A stretch of 32,000 bases of DNA from an uncultured Opitutales bacterium (GCA_934660865.1 CAKUIA010000004.1:30001-62000); one strand, 5' to 3'. Shown: positions 1-7,757, counted from the stretch's first letter. Made by a program: numbers and translations. Notes: generated by a model not told the origin, from the sequence alone.

Positions 1-2
1 AA

Positions 3-392
3 TGGAACGCAACTTTTTACAGCGACTTGCTTGTGGTTTTAATAACCGCCTCCGACGGCTCGTCTTTGGAGAAGGACATTCCCCTGATTTCCCAGCCGCA
101 GGAGCGCTTTAATTTATCCTTTTCGCTTGCAAAGGATAGCTCGGGCACATTTTCGGCAACACTTTCCGTCCTAGACGAATCGTTCGATTTAAGCAGCATT
201 TCGCTTTCGGGAATGTCGCAGGGCGAATTCGGCATAGGCATTAACGGGCAAAAATTTGAGATGGACAAAGACAACCCGCTTCTTACCGACTTTTCGTATT
301 CTGCAAGCGTTCCGGAACCCTCGCATATAGGCGCAATAGCGGGAATTTTTGCCCTGCTTGTTTTTGCGGGCAAAAGGCGCAAGCTACGTTAA
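3..392 (+). CDS. C-terminal part of a PEP-CTERM sorting-signal protein; the 5' end lies outside the window
   Basis: The frame is open from the window edge. The C-terminus reads VPEPSHIGAIAGIFALLVFAGKRRKLR, which is a PEP motif, a hydrophobic helix and a basic cluster. This is the canonical PEP-CTERM architecture. Confidence 0.8.
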   Translation, partial: WNATFYSDLLVVLITASDGSSLEKDIPLISQPQERFNLSFSLAKDSSGTFSATLSVLDESFDLSSISLSGMSQGEFGIGINGQKFEMDKDNPLLTDFSYSASVPEPSHIGAIAGIFALLVFAGKRRKLR

Positions 393-402
393 AATTTGTC
401 GG

Positions 403-428
403 GGGGCCTTTATTGCGCCCCTTTTTTT
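403..428. terminator. GC hairpin plus T7 run between convergent genes
   Basis: ggggc (403-407) pairs with gcccc (417-421), followed by ttttttt (422-428). It sits between the + gene stop at 392 and the minus gene stop at 410. Confidence 0.5.
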
Positions 429-1456
429 GGCCTAACAAGTTTGCGCTGTTTTATGGCGTCTATTTCCTCTACCGAAGCGGGCAAAACTTTGTAGGCCGCG
501 TTTTCGGGTATGTCGAATTCTTCGAACGAATTTACCACAACACAGCGCATGAGCTTTAGCACCCTATTCTTTACCGCAGCCTTTGTGCCCGTAAAAAATC
601 CTTCGGGCTTTTTGCGGAATATCATTTCGGTGGCTATCGCGTAGCGCTTTTTGTCGAGCATTAAAAAGCTTGCATACTTTTTGTCGGGCTTGCGGTTGCT
701 ATACATGTCGAGTTGGGCAATAGATACAAACACGGTTTTTGTGTCGGTAAACGGAGCCGCCGAAGCTACTATGTCTAAAACATACCCGAAAAGCTCGCCC
801 GCATACTGCTTTCTTTTGGGGTCGAAATTCGACATCAAATCGCTGGGGTCCAGCTGCATTGGCGTTAGCACGTTTACGGCCAGCCCGCTTTCCTCCTCAA
901 GCTTAAGGGAAACCTCGTTTGCCAAATCGGGCGAAAGCGGCAAAAATGTGGCCATGCAAATGTTCGAAATCCTTTCGGCGCGCTCGTAGCCGCTTTCCAT
1001 TTTGCAGTGCGTAGCAAAGATTTTGTAGCCGACAAAAAATGCAAGCACAGCCAACAGCACGGCGCAAAACATTGCGGCGTTTCCGCTGCTTTTGGCGATG
1101 TTTGCCTCCATATTTTGGGGCGTTTCGCCGAAAGCGCCCGCCTGCAAAAAAGACGTTAGCGAAAAATATTCGGCATCTATAAAGGCGGTGTCGCACTCCC
1201 CCAGCGCGAAAAGCTTTTTGTAGGAAACCTGAACAAACATCAGCTTTTTTTGCGCGTTAACCGAAATGTTAAATGATACGTTTCTTTTTACAAATGCGCG
1301 CAACACCTTTTGCGCGGTATACGATACGTTGTTTTCATTGTCTACGCTCGACGAAATATTTGCATAGCCCCTGCGCGAAAAATATTCGGGTATGCGTTCG
1401 TTTACCCTATCGCAGTTTTCAAGGCTGAATTGGTTTTGAAACAGGTATATTGCCAT
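410..1456 (-). CDS. Hypothetical membrane-anchored protein with a C-terminal domain resembling archaemetzincin (M54) but lacking HExxH
   Basis: The ORF is open to 1750, but its upstream part overlaps the rubrerythrin promoter and start. Candidate ATG starts are at 1588, 1456 and 1111. One TM helix reads AAMFCAVLLAVLAFFVGYKIF. The C-terminal blocks are FDPKRKQYAGELF, VFVSIAQLDMYS and YASFLMLDKKRYAIAT. Confidence 0.55.
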   Translation of the reverse strand: MAIYLFQNQFSLENCDRVNERIPEYFSRRGYANISSSVDNENNVSYTAQKVLRAFVKRNVSFNISVNAQKKLMFVQVSYKKLFALGECDTAFIDAEYFSLTSFLQAGAFGETPQNMEANIAKSSGNAAMFCAVLLAVLAFFVGYKIFATHCKMESGYERAERISNICMATFLPLSPDLANEVSLKLEEESGLAVNVLTPMQLDPSDLMSNFDPKRKQYAGELFGYVLDIVASAAPFTDTKTVFVSIAQLDMYSNRKPDKKYASFLMLDKKRYAIATEMIFRKKPEGFFTGTKAAVKNRVLKLMRCVVVNSFEEFDIPENAAYKVLPASVEEIDAIKQRKLVRPKKGAQ

Positions 1457-1544
1457 ATATGTGCGTTGCGGTGTATGCGGGCAATTCTCGCAATAATTAT
1501 ACGGCTTGCAAGAATTAAAAACGGCGGAACCCAAAATTTTTTCA

Positions 1545-1572
1545 TTGACAGTTATTGTTAAAGATTTACATT
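1545..1572 (+). promoter_or_regulatory. Putative sigma70-type promoter of rubrerythrin
   Basis: TTGACA (1545-1550), a 16 nt spacer, then TACATT (1567-1572). It lies about 48 nt upstream of the ATG at 1621. Confidence 0.4.
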
Positions 1573-1620
1573 TAGCAAACATAAACATACGGCGTTTTGC
1601 CGGACAACAGAAAGACAGAT

Positions 1621-2160
1621 ATGAATATAAAAGGCACAAAAACGGAACAAAACTTAATGGCGGCATTTGCGGGCGAATCGCAAGCGCGCAACAAATACAG
1701 CTACTTTGCCTCGAAGGCAAAAAAGGAGGGCTTTGTGCAAATCGCCGCAATTTTCGAAGAAACGGCGGCCAACGAAAAAGAGCACGCGAAAATCTGGTTT
1801 AAACTTTTAAACGGCGGCGAAATAGGCTCTACAAAAGAAAACCTAAAAGCTGCCGCCAGCGGCGAAAACTACGAATGGACCGATATGTACGCCCAGTTCG
1901 CAAAAGAGGCAAAGCAGGAGGGCTTCGACAAAATCGCAACGCTTTTCGAAGAAGTAGGCAAAATAGAAAAGGAGCACGAAGAACGCTACCTTAAGCTTTT
2001 AAAGAATCTTGAAACAGACAGGGTATTCGAAAAAGACGAAGAAGTTGTTTGGGAATGTTCCAACTGCGGGCACATTGCTAAGGGCAGGAACGCCCCGCAG
2101 GTTTGCCCCGTTTGCAACCACCCTTTAGCCTACTTTAAAGTCAGGGCAACAAACTACTAG
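1621..2160 (+). CDS. rbr: Rubrerythrin
   Basis: The N-terminus [29 protein letters not shown] and the EKEH/ExxH diiron motifs are present. The C-terminal rubredoxin-like sites are CSNC...CPVC. The TTG at 1597 is less likely than the ATG at 1621. Confidence 0.93.
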   Translation: MNIKGTKTEQNLMAAFAGESQARNKYSYFASKAKKEGFVQIAAIFEETAANEKEHAKIWFKLLNGGEIGSTKENLKAAASGENYEWTDMYAQFAKEAKQEGFDKIATLFEEVGKIEKEHEERYLKLLKNLETDRVFEKDEEVVWECSNCGHIAKGRNAPQVCPVCNHPLAYFKVRATNY

Positions 2161-2191
2161 TTTTAAGTTTGCAATTTCCCGTTGCGCCGGA

Positions 2192-2221
2192 GCGTCCCGA
2201 AATAATTTCGGGGCGCTTTTT
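2192..2221 (+). terminator. Rho-independent terminator after rbr
   Basis: gcgtcccgaaa pairs with tttcggggcgc (one G-U pair) around a 3 nt loop, followed by ttttt. Confidence 0.7.
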
Positions 2222-2270
2222 GCAAATATGTTTGCCAAAGTTTGTTTTTAAATTTATCGGTATTTGCGCC

Positions 2271-4142
2271 ATGAAAAAATTACTGTGTATATTGACGGGG
2301 CTTTGCCTTTCGCTTACCGCGCTTGCAAAAGATTTTGCGACGCTCGAAATAAAAAAATTCGACGGCAAAGTGATAAAGAGGGAAATTCCCGTAGAGAAAA
2401 TTTCCGACACGCAATCGAGGGTAAGGGTTGCAAAGGAAATAATAAACGACAACGCCGAATACGTTAAGGTGTTCCCGAGCTGGGCAACCGCAAACAAGGG
2501 CGACGATGGCTATTGGGTTTTAGGCCGCGGCATTTACGGCGAATTTAAGCACGACAACGGCGTGTTCCACGCGGGCGGCTGGAATATGTATATGCCGGTT
2601 TTCGGAATGAAAACGCCGCAAAGAACCTGGTGCGGAATAATAACGGGGCTTGACTTGGAATATTCTATTTGCATGGCGGCCATAAACGGCAAATATACCC
2701 TTGACGTGCGTTTGGTAACCATACCCAAAAAACTGGGCAAGGCCTACGAAGACCTGGTTATAGACTTTTACGAGCTTAAGGACGACGACGCAAACTATTC
2801 GGGAATGGGCAGGCTTTACCGCAAGTACCAGCTGCAGCGCGGCATTGTAAAGCCCATAAAGGAAAGGGCAAAAGAATACCCCAACCTGCTCTACCAGGCC
2901 GACACTTTCGACATAAGGCTTCAGTTCCACGCGGCAAAACCGTGGATGGACGACAAGTACGGCTACAACGCGGGCGACCGCTCAATTCCCGACCAAACCC
3001 CCGAAACCGAACCGAAGGTTGAGGTGTTTTTGTCGTTTAAAGACTCCATTAAGTATCTCGAAAAGATGAAGGTGTCGGGCATAGACAAAATGGAAATCTG
3101 CTCGGCGGGCTGGACTACAAAGGGCTACGACGGCAGGTATCCTTCGCTGTTTCCCGTATGCGAAGAGGCCGGCGGCGAACAGGGCCTGCGCGAATTGATA
3201 AAGCGCGCAAAAGAGCTTGGCTATAAAATTCACGGCCATGCCGCAAATATGCCCGCGGTAAAAATTTCGCCGCGCTACAGCGACAGCTATATGGCGCGCG
3301 ACTGGAAGGGCGATTTTGTGCCCCACATGAACGAAAGGGGCGGCAAGGCAAACAGGGTGTGCCTTAAGCAAACCTGGAAAATGTGGGTAAAAGAAGACCT
3401 CGACAAAATGGCAGACCTGGGCTTTTACGGCTCGCACTACATAGACGTGTTTTCGGCGGTTGTTCCCCACAACTGCATGTCTAAAGAGCACCCCTGCACA
3501 AGGAAGGAAAGCGCATACTACCAAAACCTTACGCTTGCGTATGCAAAAAAGGTTATGGGAGGCGCTTCGTCGGAATCGGGCTTCGACCACGTAATAGGCA
3601 ATATCGACTACATAAACTATGTTTCGAACGTAATGAAAATTTACGAGGAAAGCAAAGAAGAGCCCGAAGGTTCGGTTTTGCGCAAAAAATACGCGCTAGT
3701 AGACGGCATTGTGCCCCTTTGGGAAATCGCATACCACGGCATAGTTTTGTACAATCCCGACAGATACACCCAAAACCATACTCTCGGCAAAGTGGGCAAG
3801 CACGAAAACAGCTCCATGCTTGACTTTTCCGACAAGCAAAAGGGAGCCGTAGACCCGAAAATTGCCCTAAAGCTTGTAGAGTTCGGCGGCAGACCCATTT
3901 TCTACACCTTCAAGATGTCGGACATTCCCGCCATAAAAAAGGCCTACGACGAATTTAAGCCCGTAAAATATCTGCAAACCGAATTTATGGAAAGCCACAC
4001 AAAAGTTGCCGACAACATATACAGCGTAAAATATTCCGACGGCAGCGAAATTGTGTGCAACTACAACGACAAAGCCTACAACTACAACGGGGTAAACGTA
4101 AAACCCGTTTCGTATGCAATTATAAAGCATAAAAAACAATAG
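2271..4142 (+). CDS. Secreted protein of unknown function (623 aa), possibly a glycoside-hydrolase-like barrel
   Basis: Sec signal MKKLLCILTGLCLSLTALA/KD at the ATG at 2271; the ORF-track extension to 2169 runs through the rbr terminator. The central segment ICSAGWTTKGYDGRYPSLFPVCEEAGGEQGLRELIKRAKELGYKIHGH resembles GH-like TIM-barrel proteins. I cannot name the family. Confidence 0.6.
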   Translation: MKKLLCILTGLCLSLTALAKDFATLEIKKFDGKVIKREIPVEKISDTQSRVRVAKEIINDNAEYVKVFPSWATANKGDDGYWVLGRGIYGEFKHDNGVFHAGGWNMYMPVFGMKTPQRTWCGIITGLDLEYSICMAAINGKYTLDVRLVTIPKKLGKAYEDLVIDFYELKDDDANYSGMGRLYRKYQLQRGIVKPIKERAKEYPNLLYQADTFDIRLQFHAAKPWMDDKYGYNAGDRSIPDQTPETEPKVEVFLSFKDSIKYLEKMKVSGIDKMEICSAGWTTKGYDGRYPSLFPVCEEAGGEQGLRELIKRAKELGYKIHGHAANMPAVKISPRYSDSYMARDWKGDFVPHMNERGGKANRVCLKQTWKMWVKEDLDKMADLGFYGSHYIDVFSAVVPHNCMSKEHPCTRKESAYYQNLTLAYAKKVMGGASSESGFDHVIGNIDYINYVSNVMKIYEESKEEPEGSVLRKKYALVDGIVPLWEIAYHGIVLYNPDRYTQNHTLGKVGKHENSSMLDFSDKQKGAVDPKIALKLVEFGGRPIFYTFKMSDIPAIKKAYDEFKPVKYLQTEFMESHTKVADNIYSVKYSDGSEIVCNYNDKAYNYNGVNVKPVSYAIIKHKKQ

Positions 4143-4170
4143 GCTTTTGGCAAAATTCCGATATATGAAA

Positions 4171-4198
4171 GGTGCGGCGTAAAACCCCGCGCCTTTTT
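4171..4198 (+). terminator. Hairpin plus T5 after the 623-aa gene
   Basis: ggtgcgg (4171-4177) pairs with ccgcgcc (4187-4193), then ttttt (4194-4198). Confidence 0.5.
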
Positions 4199-4222
4199 CA
4201 CCGACAAACAACAGGGCAAAAT

Positions 4223-4636
4223 ATGATTTCTGCAAAAAAATTGGCGGCGCTTTTAACCTGCCTGCCGCTTTTGGCATGCACAACCGTTAGCACCACAAAA
4301 CAAAATTCGCAAATACCCGTGCAAACGCTAAACGGCGGCGAAAACGGACAGATTCTGGTAAGCAACTACGGCTACTACCTGTTCAACTGCGTGCCGCTGT
4401 TTTGCGGCGGCAAAGACGAAGATAGCCTTTCGTTTTTCAGCGACAACGTAAATGTAGACAAAGCCATGCAGTGCCTGGCAAAAAAATGCAAAGAGCTTAA
4501 CGTGAAAAATATCGCCGATGTGCAGACAAAAACAAACTCTACCTGCTTTTTGTCGTGGGTGCCCACAATAGGCAACACGCTGGGCATATATTGGTATAAA
4601 GAAGTGCAAATATCGGCAACAGTGGAAAGGCAATAA
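4223..4636 (+). CDS. Small lipoprotein, paralog A (possibly Bor-like)
   Basis: Signal plus lipobox LPLLAC from the ATG at 4223. It shares the motif NYGYYLFNCVPLFCGG, and its C-terminus TLGIYWYKEVQISATV is shared in pattern with the next gene. Confidence 0.7.
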   Translation: MISAKKLAALLTCLPLLACTTVSTTKQNSQIPVQTLNGGENGQILVSNYGYYLFNCVPLFCGGKDEDSLSFFSDNVNVDKAMQCLAKKCKELNVKNIADVQTKTNSTCFLSWVPTIGNTLGIYWYKEVQISATVERQ

Positions 4637-4641
4637 AGCGT

Positions 4642-5043
4642 ATGGGAAAATTTTTTGCATTTATTTTATTGTGGGTTGCCGCGCTGCTTTCGGGGTGCGC
4701 AACAACCGAAATTACAAAGGCGCTAAACGGAACCGTTAGGGTAAACGGCCGCGAAACTGCGGGCACTATATGCGCCGAAAACTACGGCTACTACCTGTTT
4801 TCGGTTGTGCCTCTTTTTGCGGGCAATCCCGAAAAGCCGAACAAAACAAGTATGTGCTTTTTTAAAGACACCGTTACCCTGGAAAACAACAAAAAGATGA
4901 TAGATATGGAAACCGAAAAACTGGGCGGCGGCACGCTTTGCAACTTAAAAAATAGCGTGGATTGGACGGGCTCGTTTTCGCTTTGGATATTCTGGAAACA
5001 GGTTTTAACATCGAATGCAACGGTGCTTAAAACTTCGCCGTAG
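4642..5043 (+). CDS. Small lipoprotein, paralog B
   Basis: Lipobox ALLSGC, motif NYGYYLFSVVPLFAGN, C-terminus WIFWKQVLTSNATV. It lies 5 nt after paralog A. Confidence 0.7.
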   Translation: MGKFFAFILLWVAALLSGCATTEITKALNGTVRVNGRETAGTICAENYGYYLFSVVPLFAGNPEKPNKTSMCFFKDTVTLENNKKMIDMETEKLGGGTLCNLKNSVDWTGSFSLWIFWKQVLTSNATVLKTSP

Positions 5044-5102
5044 CATTGCGCAAAAAAAGCTGTTTGCATTGCGCAACAGCTTTGCTATGTTGGGCCAGTA
5101 AA

Positions 5103-5558
5103 ATGAAGTCGGCTTTTTTGTGTGCGTATTTGTTTTTTGCGGTGTTTTTGCTATACACTTTGGGCGAAGGCATTGTTTTTGCGTCGCTAAACGGCGAGAA
5201 CTACGAATGGTTTTTGCCCAAGCTACAGGGCAATTTAATTTCCGCCGCCGTTTTGTGCGCGCCCTACTTTGCGTTGTATGCGCTAAAATTTTTTGCGAAA
5301 ACGGCGCATGCGCGCAAAACATACGGCATTTTTGCGATGGTTTTTGCGTTTGTTTCGGCGTTGATAAACTCGTTTTGCCACGAGCAATATTCCGAAAATT
5401 TCGGGCACGGACTAATTGCGGTTTTTTTGAACGACTACGACAAGTTTTTGCTGTATTTATGGGGAAAAGCAACCGTTTTAAAGATTTCGCTTTGCGTTGT
5501 ATCCCTTCTTTTTTTGGCGATTTTCGGCTTTTGCAAACTAAGTAAAAACGAAAAATAG
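5103..5558 (+). CDS. Small polytopic membrane protein (151 aa, about 4-5 TM helices)
   Basis: ATG at 5103. Hydrophobic helices include AFLCAYLFFAVFLLYTL, LISAAVLCAPYFALYAL, YGIFAMVFAFVSALI and ISLCVVSLLFLAIFGF. No soluble domain is present. Confidence 0.55.
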   Translation: MKSAFLCAYLFFAVFLLYTLGEGIVFASLNGENYEWFLPKLQGNLISAAVLCAPYFALYALKFFAKTAHARKTYGIFAMVFAFVSALINSFCHEQYSENFGHGLIAVFLNDYDKFLLYLWGKATVLKISLCVVSLLFLAIFGFCKLSKNEK

Positions 5559-5605
5559 CAACTGCTTATACGCGGAAAATTTCGTACGATAAATTTGACA
5601 ACTAT

Positions 5606-5613
5606 TGTATAAT
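5606..5613 (+). promoter_or_regulatory. Candidate -10 element TGTATAAT
   Basis: A perfect TATAAT (5608-5613) is directly preceded by TG. It lies about 85 nt upstream of the ATG at 5698. Confidence 0.3.
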
Positions 5614-5697
5614 ATTTAGCCGTAAACAAATGCAGGGTGCGCGCAAAAAAACGGGCGCTTTGCGTTATAACCATACAAAAAAACATACACAAAAAAA

Positions 5698-6057
5698 ATG
5701 AAAAAGATTACATCTATATTATTTGCGGCGGCAATGCTTGCCCTTTGCGGGTGCGGAGCAAACGTAGACGAAAAACAAACCCCCGAACAGGCAAAAACAC
5801 AGGCAGCTTCGATGGACGCAGCAGCCCTGCAAAAGCAGGTAGACGCCCTAAAAGCCTACATAGAAAAGAAGGGCGCCGAAGCCAAACAGGCGGCGGAAAA
5901 GCTTTCGAAAATTCCCCTTACCGAGCAGATGGGCAAAGACGCGCAGGCTTTGAGGGACGAAGCCGCAAAGATTTCGGAATCGGTCAAGAACATTCAGGCG
6001 CAGCTTTCGGTTTATGCGCAGGAATTGAAGGCAAAGGCGCAAAGCGCAAATAAATAG
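5698..6057 (+). CDS. Coiled-coil lipoprotein (119 aa)
   Basis: Signal MKKITSILFAAAMLALCGC. The mature part is A/K/Q/E-rich and looks helical (ALQKQVDALKAYIEKKGAEAKQAAEKL). Confidence 0.7.
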   Translation: MKKITSILFAAAMLALCGCGANVDEKQTPEQAKTQAASMDAAALQKQVDALKAYIEKKGAEAKQAAEKLSKIPLTEQMGKDAQALRDEAAKISESVKNIQAQLSVYAQELKAKAQSANK

Positions 6058-6075
6058 GCTTTTTTTGTCAAACAA

Positions 6076-6115
6076 AAAGCCCGAAAGTGTAAAAACTTCG
6101 GGCTTTTCTTTTTTT
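6076..6115. terminator. Bidirectional rho-independent terminator
   Basis: A 10 bp stem aaagcccgaa/ttcgggcttt is followed by ttttcttttttt on + and preceded by an A-rich run, which gives a T-run on the minus strand. It sits between convergent genes. Confidence 0.75.
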
Positions 6116-6137
6116 GCGGGGTTGTCAAAAAGCTGCG

Positions 6138-7583
6138 CTACTTTCTTTCGGATATGCTGCGCATTGCCGTGTTCATTTCGCCCCTTAAATATTTGTCCAT
6201 AGATTCGGCCGCCTTTTTCGCCTGAACCATTGCCGACACTATGGTAAGCGGGCCTGTAACTACGTCGCCGCAGGCGAACACGCCCTTCATCGAGGTCTGC
6301 AAAGTTTCGGGGTCTACCGCAATGGTGCCGTTGTCGTTAAGCTTTAAGTGCATGCAGTTTCTGGCAAGCCTGTCTCTCGGTTTGCTGCCCGTCGAAAGAA
6401 TTACGGTGTCGCAAAACAAGGTAAACTCCGAGCCTTCCACTACAACGGGAACGCGCCTGCCCGACTCGTCGGGGTCGCCCATCTTGGTTTTTATGCACTC
6501 TATGCCGTATACGCGGCCGGATTCATCGTATAGAATTTTCTTTTGAAGGGTGTTTTCGAGCATTTCAACGCCCTCTTTTTTTGCAAGGGCAATTTCGTCG
6601 CTGCGCGCGGGCATTTCCTCGAGGGTGCGCCTGTATACCAAAGTGGATTTTGCACCGCACCTTAAGGCCACGCGCGAAGTATCTATTGCGACATTGCCGC
6701 CGCCTATTGTGATAACGTGGGTTGCCCTGACCGGCGAAACCGTCATTTTGTCGGTTGTCATTGTGCTTAGGTTGTACCTCGAAAGGAACTCGCTGGAGCT
6801 GTATACGCCCGGAGCGTATTCGCCCGCAATATACATTGTAATGGGTTTCCACGCGCCCGTTGCAACCAAAACCGAGTCGTACCTTTCGCGCAATTCGTCC
6901 AAGCTATAGGGAGGTTCGCCAATGCCTATGCCGTAGTGTATGCGCACGCCCATTTTTTCGAGACGGGCAATGCGTTCGAAAACGATTTCGCGCGGAAGCC
7001 TAAATTCGGGAATACCGTACATTGTAACGCCGCCGGGTAGGTCGCGGCCTTCGAAAACCTCTACCGCGTGCCCCATTTGGGCAAGCTTTTCGGCTGCGGT
7101 AATGCCCGCGGGGCCCAAGCCTATAATGGCAGTATATTTGCCAGTGGCGGGCTTGCGTTCGGGAACTTCGCTGTAGCCGTTTATGCGCACATAGTCTGCC
7201 GCAAAGCGCTCCAAAGCGCCTATTGCAACGGGTTTGCCCTTTATGCCCAAAACACACGAGCCTTCGCACTGCTTGCTTTGGTTGCACAGCCTGCCGCAAA
7301 TCGCCGACATTGTAGACTGCTCGGCAAGTTTTTTTGCCGCCACGGCAACATTGCCGTTTGCTATTTCGAAAACAAAATCGGGAATATTTATGTGGTTGGG
7401 ACACCCCGTTTGGCAGCGGGGTTTCGGGCAATGCAGGCAGCGCGACGCCTCGTCCATTGCCGCTTTTTTCGTGATACCGTAATAGGCTTCGCCGTCTTCG
7501 GTTATGCGAATTTTATCCGTACACTCCGAAACCTCCATTCTCGGAAGCCCCGAAGCTTTTGTTTTTCTATTTTCTAAATCCAT
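6138..7583 (-). CDS. GltD-family NAD(P)H oxidoreductase (glutamate synthase small-subunit / NfnB / SudA-like) with Fe-S Cys clusters
   Basis: Cys motifs are CLHCPKPRCQTGCP and ICGRLCNQSKQCEGSC. The dinucleotide fold reads AIIGLGPAGITAAEKLAQMGHAVEVFE, with a second Rossmann ITIGGGNVAID and the C-terminal GVFACGDV. Confidence 0.85.
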   Translation of the reverse strand: MDLENRKTKASGLPRMEVSECTDKIRITEDGEAYYGITKKAAMDEASRCLHCPKPRCQTGCPNHINIPDFVFEIANGNVAVAAKKLAEQSTMSAICGRLCNQSKQCEGSCVLGIKGKPVAIGALERFAADYVRINGYSEVPERKPATGKYTAIIGLGPAGITAAEKLAQMGHAVEVFEGRDLPGGVTMYGIPEFRLPREIVFERIARLEKMGVRIHYGIGIGEPPYSLDELRERYDSVLVATGAWKPITMYIAGEYAPGVYSSSEFLSRYNLSTMTTDKMTVSPVRATHVITIGGGNVAIDTSRVALRCGAKSTLVYRRTLEEMPARSDEIALAKKEGVEMLENTLQKKILYDESGRVYGIECIKTKMGDPDESGRRVPVVVEGSEFTLFCDTVILSTGSKPRDRLARNCMHLKLNDNGTIAVDPETLQTSMKGVFACGDVVTGPLTIVSAMVQAKKAAESMDKYLRGEMNTAMRSISERK

Positions 7584-7729
7584 ATTAACGCACCAATATT
7601 TGAATGTCGGGCAACACTAAGCAATACTATTCGCAAAAAAAATTGTTATTTTTTTGTTGGGAAAGCCCCCTGTATTATCGGCAAAACCCGCATTTGGGCA
7701 AAGCGGGCGCAGGCCGCCCGAAAAGACAC

Positions 7730-7757
7730 AAAAAAAACGGATGGCAATTTGCCTTCC
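7730..7757 (-). terminator. Rho-independent terminator downstream of the tRNA
   Basis: On the minus strand, ggaaggcaa/ttgccatcc (one mismatch) is followed by g plus T8. Confidence 0.6.

Noticed and set aside
1589-1750. The N-terminal 54 codons of the 446-aa minus ORF, and the TTG-extended start (1597) of rubrerythrin.
   Set aside because: The minus-strand extension runs through the rubrerythrin start and its putative promoter, and it encodes Cys/Pro/Ser-rich sequence. The canonical rubrerythrin N-terminus begins at the ATG at 1621.
2169-2270. The upstream extension of the 623-aa gene. Analogous extensions occur at 4172, 5046, 21879, 28065-28160 and 29251-29295.
   Set aside because: These extensions start at non-ATG codons or run across terminators or neighbouring genes. 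Internal ATGs give canonical signal peptides or conserved N-termini.
2982-3590. A 202-aa minus-strand ORF. Similar antisense ORFs lie at 2520-2930, 3867-4283, 7068-7577, 19472-20077, 29467-29955 and 31542-31967.
   Set aside because: All lie antisense to genes with strong family signatures and have Arg/Phe/Cys/His-rich implausible products. I treat them as shadow ORFs.
5103-5558. The idea that the 151-aa membrane protein is the severed N-terminal domain of a phosphoethanolamine transferase (a pseudogene).
   Set aside because: No sulfatase-domain remnant is visible in any frame downstream, and the resemblance is only in helix spacing. I kept it as a hypothetical membrane protein.
5595-5613. 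TTGACA and TATAAT occur close together and look like a perfect promoter.
   Set aside because: The hexamers are only 7 nt apart, so they cannot be the -35 and -10 of one sigma70 promoter. I kept only the TG-TATAAT element as a weak candidate.
7687-7720. Two overlapping short hairpins, cccgc/gcggg and cgggcg/cgcccg, upstream of the GltD-like gene that could mimic an attenuator.
   Set aside because: The stems are only 5-6 bp, there is no leader peptide or known riboswitch core, and it is unclear whether the region is transcribed at all. The evidence is insufficient.
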